A DNA stretch of 56,822 nucleotides. Origin: a virus. Its lineage: Duplodnaviria > Caudoviricetes. This document shows positions 46,207-55,495 of the stretch, one piece after another; position 1 is the first letter of the stretch, and each line of letters starts with the position of its first letter. The translations under genes were made by a program, and so were the position numbers. The notes under the pieces were generated by a model. It was given only the letters and a program-made list of their open reading frames with translations. It searched no databases and had not been told where the DNA came from. The DNA lies in the IMG/VR virus record IMGVR_UViG_3300002307_000005, positions 1 to 56,822 of that record; one strand, 5' to 3'.

Positions 46207-46735
46207 AAAATCTCTCACTGCTGGTGGCCGCTATGATCGCGCAAGCGAGGACGCAAGCCGCGCAGCACCCGAGGATAAGTTCATTTCAAATCAGGAACGT
46301 CGCAAGATGTGGAGTGAGGAATGGACGCAATCAGCCTTGCCAAAACTGCCCAACATGGATGGGTGGCACCTTTGCTGGCTTTCGACAACCAACAGCTACG
46401 ACTCCATCGACAAACGGATTCGCCTTGGGTACGTTCCAGTTAAATCTGAAGAGTTACCGGGCTATGAAGACTATCGCGTGAAGGCGGGTGAGCATGTTGG
46501 ATACATCTCCTGCAACGAGATGTTGTTGTTCAAACTTCCCATGGACATCTATCAAGAAGTCATGCTCTATCAGCACCACGAGAAACCTCGTGAGGAAGCT
46601 GACAAGATTCGTGTGCAGATTGAAAGCCTCCAAGGGCAGCGTGACAGCAACGGCAAGTCGCTGGTGAACGTCGAGGGTGAAGGTCTTGGTAATTTTGATC
46701 AGCATGCACCCAAATTGCCCATGTTTTCGGGCTAA
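46187..46735 (+). CDS. Head-module protein
   Basis: AAGGAG RBS; GWHLCW...GYVPV...LLFK.P. Confidence 0.65.
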   Translation: MTESRLKKSLTAGGRYDRASEDASRAAPEDKFISNQERRKMWSEEWTQSALPKLPNMDGWHLCWLSTTNSYDSIDKRIRLGYVPVKSEELPGYEDYRVKAGEHVGYISCNEMLLFKLPMDIYQEVMLYQHHEKPREEADKIRVQIESLQGQRDSNGKSLVNVEGEGLGNFDQHAPKLPMFSG

Positions 46736-46750
46736 CCCAAGGAGTTTCAA

Positions 46751-47365
46751 ATGAGTTCTACCTCTGCTCCGTTTGGTCTGCGTCCTGCGTTCCATCCTTC
46801 CGGTCTGGATCGCGCTCAGGCGTTGGCAAACGGTATCGTCTCTGGCTACGCCACGGACATTCTCAAAGGCGCACCCGTGCGCTACAACAGTACTGCTGGT
46901 ACTTCGGTCGCCGCTGGCACCATCACCAACGCTGCCTCTGGCGGTGCTTGGTCTGGCGCTTTCGCTGGTGTCGAGTGGACTGACACTACTGGCCGTCGTC
47001 GTATCAGCAACTACTGGCCTGCCAGTACCACGTTCCAAACTGGTTCGTGCATTGCCTACTACTACAACGACGCAAACATCGTGTACGAAATCCAGACTGA
47101 CGCGACCATCGCTCAGACCTCTCTGGGTGGCGAATACGATTTCAGCGCCAGCACTGGCTTGACCGTGACTTCTGGTTCGACCACCACAGGCCTGTCTTCG
47201 ACTTGCCTCGGCGTGTCGACTGCCAAAGCCAACGGTGCTCAAGGCCAAATGCGTGTCGTGGACATCGCTCCCTATGTGGACAACAACTGGGGTGATGCCT
47301 TCGTTGTGGTTCGTGTCGTCAACGCTCAGTCCCAGTACTTCGGTTCTGTGACAGCCATCGTTTAA
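46751..47365 (+). CDS. Capsid decoration/minor head protein
   Basis: APFGLRP N-terminus; directly upstream of capsid gene. Confidence 0.6.
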   Translation: MSSTSAPFGLRPAFHPSGLDRAQALANGIVSGYATDILKGAPVRYNSTAGTSVAAGTITNAASGGAWSGAFAGVEWTDTTGRRRISNYWPASTTFQTGSCIAYYYNDANIVYEIQTDATIAQTSLGGEYDFSASTGLTVTSGSTTTGLSSTCLGVSTAKANGAQGQMRVVDIAPYVDNNWGDAFVVVRVVNAQSQYFGSVTAIV

Positions 47366-47378
47366 GGAGGGCTAACAA

Positions 47379-48293
47379 ATGGCAGCCCCAATGCGCAGTA
47401 CGGACTTCCGTTCGATTGTTGAACCCATTCTGAATGAGTGCTTCGACGGTGTCTATGACCAACGTGCCGACGAGTGGAGCCGTGTGTTCCGCGAAGAAGA
47501 CGGCATCCCACGCAACTACCACGAAGAACCCGTCCTGTACGGTTTCGGCGCGGCTCCTCAGTTGCCCGATGGCACCCCAGTGACCTACCAACAAGGTGGC
47601 GTCCTGTTCCTGAAGCGCTACGTGTACAAGGTGTATGGCTTGGCCTTCGCGCTGACCAAAGTGCTGGTGGAAGACGGTGACCACATCCGTATCGGCCAAG
47701 TGTATGCACGCCATCTGGCTCAGTCTCTGGTGGAAACCAAAGAACTGCTGGCCGCAAACGTGCTGAACACTGCTTTCAACAACAGCTATGCTGGTGGCGA
47801 TGGCGTGTCCCTGATCAACACCGCTCACCCAATCGTGAACGGTACCTTCAGCAACCAGTTGGCCACCGCCGCTGTTCTGTCCCAGACTTCTCTGGAGCAG
47901 ATGCTGATTCAGGTTCGCCAAGCTGTCGACAACAACGGCAAGAAGATTCGTCTGGTGCCCCGCCAACTGGTGGTCGCCCCCGGCAACATCTTCCAAGCCG
48001 AAGTGCTGTTGAAGAGCGTTCTCCGCACAGGCAACGCCAACAACGACATCAACCCCGTCAAGTCCATTGGCTTGCTGGACGAAGGTGCCGCTGTTCTGTC
48101 GCGTCTGACATCGTCCACCGCATGGTTGGTGCAGACTGACGCCCCAGAAGGCTTCAAGCTGCTGATGCGCCGCCGCCTCGAGAAGACCATGGAAGGTGAC
48201 TTTGAAACCGACTCCATGCGCTACAAGGCGACAGAGCGCTACGACGTGGGTTACACCGATCCACGTTGCGCTTACGGTACCCCCGGTATCTAA
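47379..48293 (+). CDS. Major capsid protein (Mu gpT-like, HK97 fold)
   Basis: GFGAAP, ETKE..AANVLN.AF, GGDGVSL, YKATERY..G..DPR..YG.PG; strong RBS. Confidence 0.88.
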   Translation: MAAPMRSTDFRSIVEPILNECFDGVYDQRADEWSRVFREEDGIPRNYHEEPVLYGFGAAPQLPDGTPVTYQQGGVLFLKRYVYKVYGLAFALTKVLVEDGDHIRIGQVYARHLAQSLVETKELLAANVLNTAFNNSYAGGDGVSLINTAHPIVNGTFSNQLATAAVLSQTSLEQMLIQVRQAVDNNGKKIRLVPRQLVVAPGNIFQAEVLLKSVLRTGNANNDINPVKSIGLLDEGAAVLSRLTSSTAWLVQTDAPEGFKLLMRRRLEKTMEGDFETDSMRYKATERYDVGYTDPRCAYGTPGI

Positions 48294-48300
48294 GCAAAGC

Positions 48301-48332
48301 AGGGAGTGGAGTCGGACTCCACTCCCTTTTTT
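48301..48332 (+). terminator. Terminator after capsid gene built around palindrome copy 8 (48306-48322)
   Basis: AGGGAGTGGAGTC-G-GACTCCACTCCCT followed by T-run. Confidence 0.8.
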
Positions 48333-48364
48333 CCATCTGTCTATGCTTTTCAAGGAGAAAGACA

Positions 48365-49339
48365 ATGCCTCAGTTTTCCGACGATCTTTTCTTAGGCCCA
48401 GCCCAAACATACATGGGCACAGGCCCAACCGCCGTTGAAGGCGTGTTTGCTGGTTCCGTGTCTGGTACAACCCTGACCATCACTGCAACCCTGTCTGGTG
48501 ACCCCCTGCAACTGGGCCAATTCATTGGCGGCACTGGCGTGACTGCTGGTTCCTACGTGACCGCCTTCGGCACAGGTTCCGGTGGTGCTGGTACGTACAC
48601 CCTGAGCGCTTCTTCCAGCGCCACAGGTGCCATCAACGTGTTTGCCTCCGGCAACGCCTTGCTGGGTGATCCATCCCCTATGGATTTGGGTGTTGGCCCT
48701 CTGGGTCGCATCTATGTCTGGGATTGCCTCCCTCAGACCCTGAACACTGCAGCCATCGCGGCATCGCAGACCCCTGCAGCCGCTGGCGCATTGACCCTGA
48801 CCGCTGGTGCCTCCACCAAGTCTGTGGTTCGCTCTGACGGCACCACAGTGATCCAGTTGGATTGCGCTCGCGCAGTCAGTATCAGCTTGGTGACTGGTGG
48901 CACGGCTCGCGCCTACACCGTGTCGGGCTACGACTACTACGGTCAGCCAATGACTGAAGTGATCACCACCGTGGCCGCAGCCACAACCCCCGGCAAGAAG
49001 GCGTTCTATCAGATCGTCTCCGTGGTCGGTGCTGGTGGCGGCTCAACCACTGCTGTGACAGTTGGTACCACTGACGTGATCGGCTTGCCTGTTCGAGTGG
49101 TTGATGCTGGCTACGTGGCTTCGGTCAACTGGGCCAACACATTGGCTCGTGACACTGGTACGTTTGTTGCTGCCGTCACCGCAGCCGCAACCAGCACTAC
49201 TGGTGATGTTCGCGGCACTTACACGCCATCGACCGCCACAAACGGCTCCAGCCGCATTGTGATGTCGATTGCTTGCAATGCCATCATGGTCGGCCCCAAT
49301 GCAACCCGCACTGGTGCTCTCGGCGTAACTCAAGCCTAA
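48365..49339 (+). CDS. Virion structural protein
   Basis: T/A/G-rich; [14 protein letters not shown]; AAGGAG RBS. Confidence 0.65.
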   Translation: MPQFSDDLFLGPAQTYMGTGPTAVEGVFAGSVSGTTLTITATLSGDPLQLGQFIGGTGVTAGSYVTAFGTGSGGAGTYTLSASSSATGAINVFASGNALLGDPSPMDLGVGPLGRIYVWDCLPQTLNTAAIAASQTPAAAGALTLTAGASTKSVVRSDGTTVIQLDCARAVSISLVTGGTARAYTVSGYDYYGQPMTEVITTVAAATTPGKKAFYQIVSVVGAGGGSTTAVTVGTTDVIGLPVRVVDAGYVASVNWANTLARDTGTFVAAVTAAATSTTGDVRGTYTPSTATNGSSRIVMSIACNAIMVGPNATRTGALGVTQA

Positions 49340-49351
49340 TAGGAGGCCGTC

Positions 49352-50458
49352 ATGGGTCAATTCAAACCAATGGTCAAAATGATGACCACCGAACCTTCGG
49401 TGATCCTGAAGCTCAAAAAGGGCGGCAAGGTTGCCAGCAAGGCTGACGGCGGCTTTATGCCAATGGCCTCTACCCAACCTGCAGGCCTGCCTGCTCGTGG
49501 CGGTATGGCCCCTGCAGCAGCCCCTATGCGTCCTTCCATGATGGATCGTCGCCGCGCCATGATGGCTGCGGCTGCACGCCCCGCCATGAATCCCAACATG
49601 ATGAAGAAGGGTGGCAAGGCCGAAAGCAAGCATGAAGATGCTGCCGAAGACCGCGCCATGATCAAGAAGGCACTGGCTGGCAAGAAATTTGCCTCCGGTG
49701 GCAAGATTGACGCAGTCATGGACAAAACCACTGTCAAGGGCAATGTCGCCAAGTTCGCCAAGACCAAAGTGGTCGACGGTGACAAAAACGACAGCGCCAA
49801 AGGCACCAAGGGCGTCAAAACTGGTAACGCTGGTGGCTACGCCAATGGCGGCACCATCAAAGGCAATGTCGGCAAGTTTGCCAAGACCGATATGGCAACC
49901 GCTGATCGCAACGACTCGGCCAAAGGCACTGGCGGTGTGAAAAACGGCAACGGTGGCGGCTACGCTTCCGGTGGCACTATTTCCGGTTCCAAGAACTGGG
50001 AAAACATGCCTGCTGACACAGCCAAGGCTGGCAAGTCTGGCGGCACCACTGGTGGCGTGCGCAATGGCAATGCTGGTGGCTACAAGATGGGCGGTACAGC
50101 AAAAAAAGCGTATGCCACGGGGGGTAATGTCGTAGACGACGGGAAAGCAGAGGCCATGCCTCGCAAACCCGTTTCGCGTCCCGTGGCAAACAGCATGCAA
50201 TCCGGCACCTTCAAAAAGGGTGGCAAAGTTGCACGCAAAGCTGAAGGCGGCGATATGTCGGGCGGTTCTTACGACCGCTGGAAGAAGGGTGAACGTGAAG
50301 AGAACGAAGCCATGCGCGAGAGCATCCTTGGTGCCCCCAAGCGTGCTTACGAGGCTGTCAAAGGCCTGTTCAGTTCCCCCAAGACTCCAGAGGGCAGCGT
50401 GACCAAGACTGAGAAGTCCGTCACCGTCACCCCGAAGAAGCGCGGCGGCAAGTGCTAA
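49352..50458 (+). CDS. Lys/Gly-rich low-complexity protein with repeated xxxGG motifs
   Basis: About 11 [FYMLK]-[AK]-x-G-G motifs; internal duplication. Confidence 0.7.
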   Translation: MGQFKPMVKMMTTEPSVILKLKKGGKVASKADGGFMPMASTQPAGLPARGGMAPAAAPMRPSMMDRRRAMMAAAARPAMNPNMMKKGGKAESKHEDAAEDRAMIKKALAGKKFASGGKIDAVMDKTTVKGNVAKFAKTKVVDGDKNDSAKGTKGVKTGNAGGYANGGTIKGNVGKFAKTDMATADRNDSAKGTGGVKNGNGGGYASGGTISGSKNWENMPADTAKAGKSGGTTGGVRNGNAGGYKMGGTAKKAYATGGNVVDDGKAEAMPRKPVSRPVANSMQSGTFKKGGKVARKAEGGDMSGGSYDRWKKGEREENEAMRESILGAPKRAYEAVKGLFSSPKTPEGSVTKTEKSVTVTPKKRGGKC

Positions 50459-50463
50459 GTAAG

Positions 50464-50488
50464 GTGGGGGCTACGGCCCCCGCTTTTT
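50464..50488 (+). terminator. Rho-independent terminator
   Basis: GTGGGGGC-TACG-GCCCCCGC then T5. Confidence 0.8.
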
Positions 50489-50505
50489 AATTTTTGGAGT
50501 CCTTC

Positions 50506-51249
50506 ATGGGAACTTATTCTTCCGTAACGCGCTCTGGCGCAACAGAACCATTTGACTTGCAAGTTGCCCGTGGCCAGATTCAGGGTCACAGCACAGTCAA
50601 CATTTACGGCTTTCAGGTTGCCGTAACAACAACCAACATCCCGGTTTGGGAGTCTGCTGGCGCTTACACGTACCCAGCCTCTGCCACAACCATGAACCTG
50701 TCGAGCACCGTGAACACAGGCCCAGACCTGTCTGGCACAACCATTTTTATCTCTGGCTTGGATGCAAACTACGTTCCAATTTCAGAGACGTTGGCGCTGA
50801 CTGGCACCACTGTTGCCGTGACGACAAAATCTTATTTGCGCATCACTAACATGACTGTGACCGCAGGTGCTCCAACGGGCACGATCACACTCAAAAACTT
50901 GGCGAATACCGTCACCTACGCCCAAATCAACCCGTCCATTGGCCGCACACAGATGGCCATCTACACGGTTCCAGCGGGCTACACGTTCTATCTCAGCCGC
51001 ATTGATGCATACACGTCCGCCAACGGTTCAACCGCTGACTGGATTCAGTATCGCAACGTGGCCACCTCGTCAACTGGTGTGACAACTTTGTCTCAGCAAG
51101 CGCCATTCACAAACACATACCACGCACAGCGTGTGATGCCTCGCCCCTTTGCCGAGAAGACGGACATTCAGTTGCAAGCCAAGACAAGCGCCAACTCGTA
51201 TGCGGTCAGCATTGCGGCTGAAGGCTACCTCGTCAAAAACGCAGACTAA
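50506..51249 (+). CDS. Virion structural protein
   Basis: LQVARGQI.GH...IYTVPAGYT...EKTDI; GGAG RBS. Confidence 0.65.
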   Translation: MGTYSSVTRSGATEPFDLQVARGQIQGHSTVNIYGFQVAVTTTNIPVWESAGAYTYPASATTMNLSSTVNTGPDLSGTTIFISGLDANYVPISETLALTGTTVAVTTKSYLRITNMTVTAGAPTGTITLKNLANTVTYAQINPSIGRTQMAIYTVPAGYTFYLSRIDAYTSANGSTADWIQYRNVATSSTGVTTLSQQAPFTNTYHAQRVMPRPFAEKTDIQLQAKTSANSYAVSIAAEGYLVKNAD

Positions 51250-51258
51250 GGACACACC

Positions 51259-51819
51259 ATGCCTTTGATCAAAAGCAAATCCAAGGCTGCGTTCGGCAAG
51301 AACGTGGCTGCTGAAGTGAAGGCAGGCAAGCCAGTGAAGCAAGCCGTGGCCATCGCTTACAGCACCAAGCGTGCCGCTAAGAAGGCCTACGGTGGCTCGG
51401 TGGACGACGACTACGACGACTCCGATGCGCCACCACGCACCCGGTACCGTCCTGCGCCTGACGCCAGTCACTACGACAGCGACATTGACTACCGTAACGG
51501 CAGCATTGGCAAGGCTCGCGCTCCTCTTCCACCGTCCATCAAGCCCAACAAGGCTGATGTGGCACGCAAAGAGAAGATCGACAAGAAGAATGATCTTGAC
51601 ACCAAGATCATGAATGCAGCACAGAGGTCTGGCAACAAAGAAATTGCAGAAAAGGCTTTTGTGCGCAGACACGTTCGGGAGAGGGCTGAAGGCCTGCAAG
51701 CCAATGCCAAGAGGTTCCCATACAAGGCTGCAGAATCTCGCAAAAAATGGTCGGAAGAGATTGGTGGCGGCAAGCCTGCACCATTCAAGTCTGGCGGCAA
51801 AGCCAAGTCGAGTTGGTAA
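51259..51819 (+). CDS. Basic protein with GKPVKQAVAIAYS N-terminal motif
   Basis: Motif typical of small head-module proteins; two GG motifs. Confidence 0.6.
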   Translation: MPLIKSKSKAAFGKNVAAEVKAGKPVKQAVAIAYSTKRAAKKAYGGSVDDDYDDSDAPPRTRYRPAPDASHYDSDIDYRNGSIGKARAPLPPSIKPNKADVARKEKIDKKNDLDTKIMNAAQRSGNKEIAEKAFVRRHVRERAEGLQANAKRFPYKAAESRKKWSEEIGGGKPAPFKSGGKAKSSW

Positions 51820-51828
51820 GGAAACAAC

Positions 51829-52896
51829 ATGGCATATAGCGGAACAGTCGGTCAAACAGTCATCACGGTGCAGAACCTGATCGACAACGGGGCACGTCGG
51901 TGCGGGAAACTGGCCGAGGAACTGACCTCCGAGCAGGTGCTCAGTGCGAAGCAGTCGCTGTTTTTCGTCCTGAGCAACCTGATCAATCAGGGCATCCAAT
52001 ACTTCGCCATCAAAAAGCAGGTCTATGGCCTGCAGCCGAACCAGTACGAGTACCTGTTGCCCGTGGGTGGCAACGACGTGCTGAACGCCCTGTATCGCTG
52101 GATGACGCGCCCCACAGGTGCATACACCACGTCGGCTGGGGGCATTGTGGCCAACGTGGCTGACGGCAACGTCGAGACGTACTGCCAGCAGACATCGCCC
52201 AACGGCAACATGGTGGTGGCGTACTCTGACCAGCAGTACATTGGCTCCATTGGCATCATGCCGTATGTGGCGGGTGGCGGCACGGCCACATGGAATTACT
52301 CGTTCCAGTCGTCCATTGACGGCGTGACGTGGAAGACCCTGTACACGGGCACCAACGTGGCGGTGCAAGATGGCCAATGGATTTGGCAGGACATTGACCC
52401 CGGCGCAAATGTGTCGTTCTACCGCATCGTGGCCTCGGGCGGCACAACGCTGGCGCTGCGTGAGTGGTACCTTGGAGTCAACTCCACTGAAATCACCATG
52501 TCGCGCCTGAACCGGGACGACTACACCAATCTTCCATCGAAAAATTTCACCGCAAATCAGCCCTTCCAGTTTTGGCTGAACCGAACCATCCCTCAGGCAA
52601 CGCTCACATTGTGGCCAACGCCGCAGAGTGCTTTTTACCAGATGACGGTTTGGTACTCCAGCCAGATTCAGGATGTCGGTTCCTTGAGTGGCCAGTTGGC
52701 CATCCCAGATCGCTGGTTGCTGGCCATCCAGAATATGCTGGCGCACCAAATGAGCATGGAGTTGCCTGCCGTGGACATGGCACGCATCCAGTACCTTGAA
52801 GGCCAAGCCGAGAAGTATTTCATCATGGCCGAGCAGGAAGAACGCGACAAGTCGCCCATCTACTTCGCCCCTTCGATTGGATGCTACACACGATGA
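51829..52896 (+). CDS. Head-tail connector-like structural protein
   Basis: SRLNRDDY..LP.K...P...LWPTP pattern; central beta-rich insertion. Confidence 0.55.
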   Translation: MAYSGTVGQTVITVQNLIDNGARRCGKLAEELTSEQVLSAKQSLFFVLSNLINQGIQYFAIKKQVYGLQPNQYEYLLPVGGNDVLNALYRWMTRPTGAYTTSAGGIVANVADGNVETYCQQTSPNGNMVVAYSDQQYIGSIGIMPYVAGGGTATWNYSFQSSIDGVTWKTLYTGTNVAVQDGQWIWQDIDPGANVSFYRIVASGGTTLALREWYLGVNSTEITMSRLNRDDYTNLPSKNFTANQPFQFWLNRTIPQATLTLWPTPQSAFYQMTVWYSSQIQDVGSLSGQLAIPDRWLLAIQNMLAHQMSMELPAVDMARIQYLEGQAEKYFIMAEQEERDKSPIYFAPSIGCYTR

Positions 52897-53405
52897 CCAC
52901 TCAGGTTTACTGGATTCGCGCAGCACACCACTCTGATGTCACATCAGAGGGATATGTTGGCGTTTCCCGCAACGCAAACAAGCGGTGGGCATACGGCCAC
53001 AAATGGGCGCACGCCAAGGGCCGACATGAAAATCCACGCTTGTCCAACGCAATCACAAAGCATGGCTGGGACAACTTGGTCAAAACAGTGCTTGTCGTTG
53101 CAGACGAGGCATACTGCTATGAACTTGAACAAAAGCTGCGTCCGTCAGACAGAATTGGCTGGAATCTGGCCATGGGCGGCTGCAAACCCCCCGTCAGCAA
53201 GTCCCGTGGCCCTGACTATGTCAGCCCACTGAAGGGCGTGCCTCGCCCGACCCCATGGTTGATTGGAAACACACGGGCACCTTCAATTGAGGCCTGCGTT
53301 GCTGGCGGCAAAAAAGCCAAAGGCCGCAAGCAAACTCCTGAGCAAATTGCCAAGCGAGTCGCGGCACGCCGTGCCACCCTAGAATCACAGGGAAGGACTC
53401 ACTGA
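52893..53405 (+). CDS. Second GIY-YIG homing endonuclease (NUMOD3-type tail)
   Basis: VYWI...GYVGVS....R...H, GWN...GG, KQTPEQIAKR. Confidence 0.75.
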   Translation: MTTQVYWIRAAHHSDVTSEGYVGVSRNANKRWAYGHKWAHAKGRHENPRLSNAITKHGWDNLVKTVLVVADEAYCYELEQKLRPSDRIGWNLAMGGCKPPVSKSRGPDYVSPLKGVPRPTPWLIGNTRAPSIEACVAGGKKAKGRKQTPEQIAKRVAARRATLESQGRTH

Positions 53406-53683
53406 TGCCACGCTTCCTGAACACCGAAGGCAATGCATCCATTGCAATCTTCATCTGCGACCGTTGCAAGATGAAGCGCCCCATCATTGAGGCTATGCCT
53501 GACGGGAACTCGCCCGGCCTGAAGGTGTGCCAGCAGGGGTGTGCCGACGACAAAGACCCGTACCGCCTCCCGGCCCGAAAAACGGAGCGGATCACATTGC
53601 AATATCCACGTCCCGATGTATCATTGGACGACCTCAGTGGTTCGCAAATCCCGTATGGCGGGTACGTCGATAAGACCACCTGA
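53405..53683 (+). CDS. Small Zn-finger virion-module protein
   Basis: ICDRC...GLKVC..GC.D...PRPD. Confidence 0.65.
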   Translation: MPRFLNTEGNASIAIFICDRCKMKRPIIEAMPDGNSPGLKVCQQGCADDKDPYRLPARKTERITLQYPRPDVSLDDLSGSQIPYGGYVDKTT

Positions 53684-53707
53684 ACCGAGCGCTGATCAAG
53701 GAAAAAA

Positions 53708-55084
53708 ATGGCACAGTCAGGCTACACACCAATTCTGCTGTACAGCAGCACCACCCCCACCAACACCCCAGCGCTTGGCAACATGGCCGTGGGCGAACTT
53801 GCCATCAACACCGCTGACGGCAAGCTGTACTACAAGAACACCGCCACCAACACCATCAAGGTGCTGGCCGATGGCTCCATCGCCACGGGTAACCTGCCCG
53901 GTGGCGGCACAGGCACAGTGGTGTACCAAAGCTCCACAGGCACCACGGCATACCTGACACTGGCCACGGCTGGCTACCTTTTGGTGGCTGGGGCCACGGC
54001 ACCAACTTACGTCAATCCGAGCAGCGTGACTGTTGGTACGGCCACCACCGCTACAACTGCAGGGTCGGCAACCACTGCAGGGTCGGCAACCACCTCTGGG
54101 ACGGCCACAAACGTCGCAGGAGGCGCTGCAAACCAGTTGGTGTACCAAACAGGCCCCGGCACCACAGCGTTCTCTGTCGCACCTACTGCCAGCGGCACTG
54201 TGCTGGGGTGGACAGGCTCTGCATTTGCATGGGTGTCGGCTCCAGCAGCAACTTCTGCCACCAACCTTGCTGGAGGGGTTGCTGGTGCTCTGCCATACCA
54301 GACTGCACCGGGCGCAACAGCTTTCACTGCTGCGGGAACAACTGGGCAATCCTTGCTATCGGGCGGCACCGGATCGCCAACTTGGGGTACGCCATCCAAG
54401 GCGACCAACATTGCTGGCGGTTTGGCCAATCAGGTGCCATATCAGTCGGCTCCAGACACAACTGCATTCAGCAACAGTTTGCAATTTGACGGCACAACTT
54501 TGCGCGTTGGTGCAAGTGCTTTGTTGGGTGGAACAACAAACCCCATTTTGGGCATCACTGGTGCGGCGAACAACTACATCCAGTCATACATTTACAACTC
54601 CACCAACGGGGTGAGTTCATCGGCTGATTTTGTTGCTTACGCCAGCAACAGCACAGACGCACACGGATGGGCAGACATGGGCTTCACAGGCCCAAGTTAT
54701 GCCGATACCGTGTATACCGTCACTGGCCCAAATGAGGCGTATCTGTTTGGCTCCGCGCTCAACAGCAGCTACACCGGGAACTTGGTGTACGCCACAGACA
54801 GCACTGGGTCTGCAAACTCGCATCAATGGTATGTGGGCGGTTTTACACAAGCCAAGAGCGCGTGGAAAATGCAACTCACATCCACGGGTCTTCAGCTTGC
54901 AACGCCTCTGGGGTCGGGATCAAACTACGGCACTTTTGGACAAGTGCTGACTTCTGCTGGCCCGGCATCAGTCCCGACATGGACAACCATTGCTGGTGGT
55001 GCGCAACCTTTTGTCACGATGGCAACTGGCGGCAACCAGCCTCCCGGCTCCTTCAACCCATCCGATTCTTTTGCCTTGATCTAA
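53708..55084 (+). CDS. Tail fibre protein with Mtd_N-like N-terminal anchor
   Basis: GELAINTADGKLYYK; repeated ATN.AGG...PYQ.AP..TAF units. Confidence 0.7.
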   Translation: MAQSGYTPILLYSSTTPTNTPALGNMAVGELAINTADGKLYYKNTATNTIKVLADGSIATGNLPGGGTGTVVYQSSTGTTAYLTLATAGYLLVAGATAPTYVNPSSVTVGTATTATTAGSATTAGSATTSGTATNVAGGAANQLVYQTGPGTTAFSVAPTASGTVLGWTGSAFAWVSAPAATSATNLAGGVAGALPYQTAPGATAFTAAGTTGQSLLSGGTGSPTWGTPSKATNIAGGLANQVPYQSAPDTTAFSNSLQFDGTTLRVGASALLGGTTNPILGITGAANNYIQSYIYNSTNGVSSSADFVAYASNSTDAHGWADMGFTGPSYADTVYTVTGPNEAYLFGSALNSSYTGNLVYATDSTGSANSHQWYVGGFTQAKSAWKMQLTSTGLQLATPLGSGSNYGTFGQVLTSAGPASVPTWTTIAGGAQPFVTMATGGNQPPGSFNPSDSFALI

Positions 55085-55093
55085 GGAGATTTC

Positions 55094-55495
55094 ATGTCAA
55101 CCTCTGCACAGTACGCATCGACCCCAAAGGTCGGCGCGGCTCTTCTCACAACAGCGGACACCTCGCTGACTGCACCCACCACGGTGGGCACCGTCGTTTC
55201 TGCTGGCGCTTCTGGCACCCGTATTGACTACATCGAAGTGATGGGCGTGGCCACCACCGTTGCCAGCCTGATCAACCTGTTCATCTACGACGGCACAACA
55301 TACAGCCTGTGGCAGCAGATTCCTGTGCAGGCAGTGACGACTGGCACAACTACGCCATCGTTTGTGGCGAACTTGGCAAGCAATGCGAACGCCAACGTGA
55401 TGCCGTTGATTTTGCCGACAGGTTATTCCCTGCGTGCCACGACAACCGTGACACAGACAGGCGTCAAAGTTTTGGCTTACGGAGGTGACTTCTAA
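55094..55495 (+). CDS. Tail fibre-associated structural protein
   Basis: 133 aa, ends LILPTGYSLR...GGDF. Confidence 0.6.
   Translation: MSTSAQYASTPKVGAALLTTADTSLTAPTTVGTVVSAGASGTRIDYIEVMGVATTVASLINLFIYDGTTYSLWQQIPVQAVTTGTTTPSFVANLASNANANVMPLILPTGYSLRATTTVTQTGVKVLAYGGDF

Noticed and set aside
1917-48322. Palindromes as REP/MITE or IS ends
   Set aside because: No transposase seen, no target-site duplications, and flanks are unrelated; a protein-binding site fits better.
51070-52926. 618-aa minus-strand ORF and other long antisense ORFs (e.g. 16151-17128, 37014-38153, 47319-48470, 49043-50200)
   Set aside because: Shadow frames opposite well-supported genes in GC-biased DNA; no recognisable motifs.
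53708-55084. Diversity-generating retroelement suggested by Mtd_N-like domain
   Set aside because: No reverse transcriptase and no TR/VR pair with adenine-specific mismatches seen.
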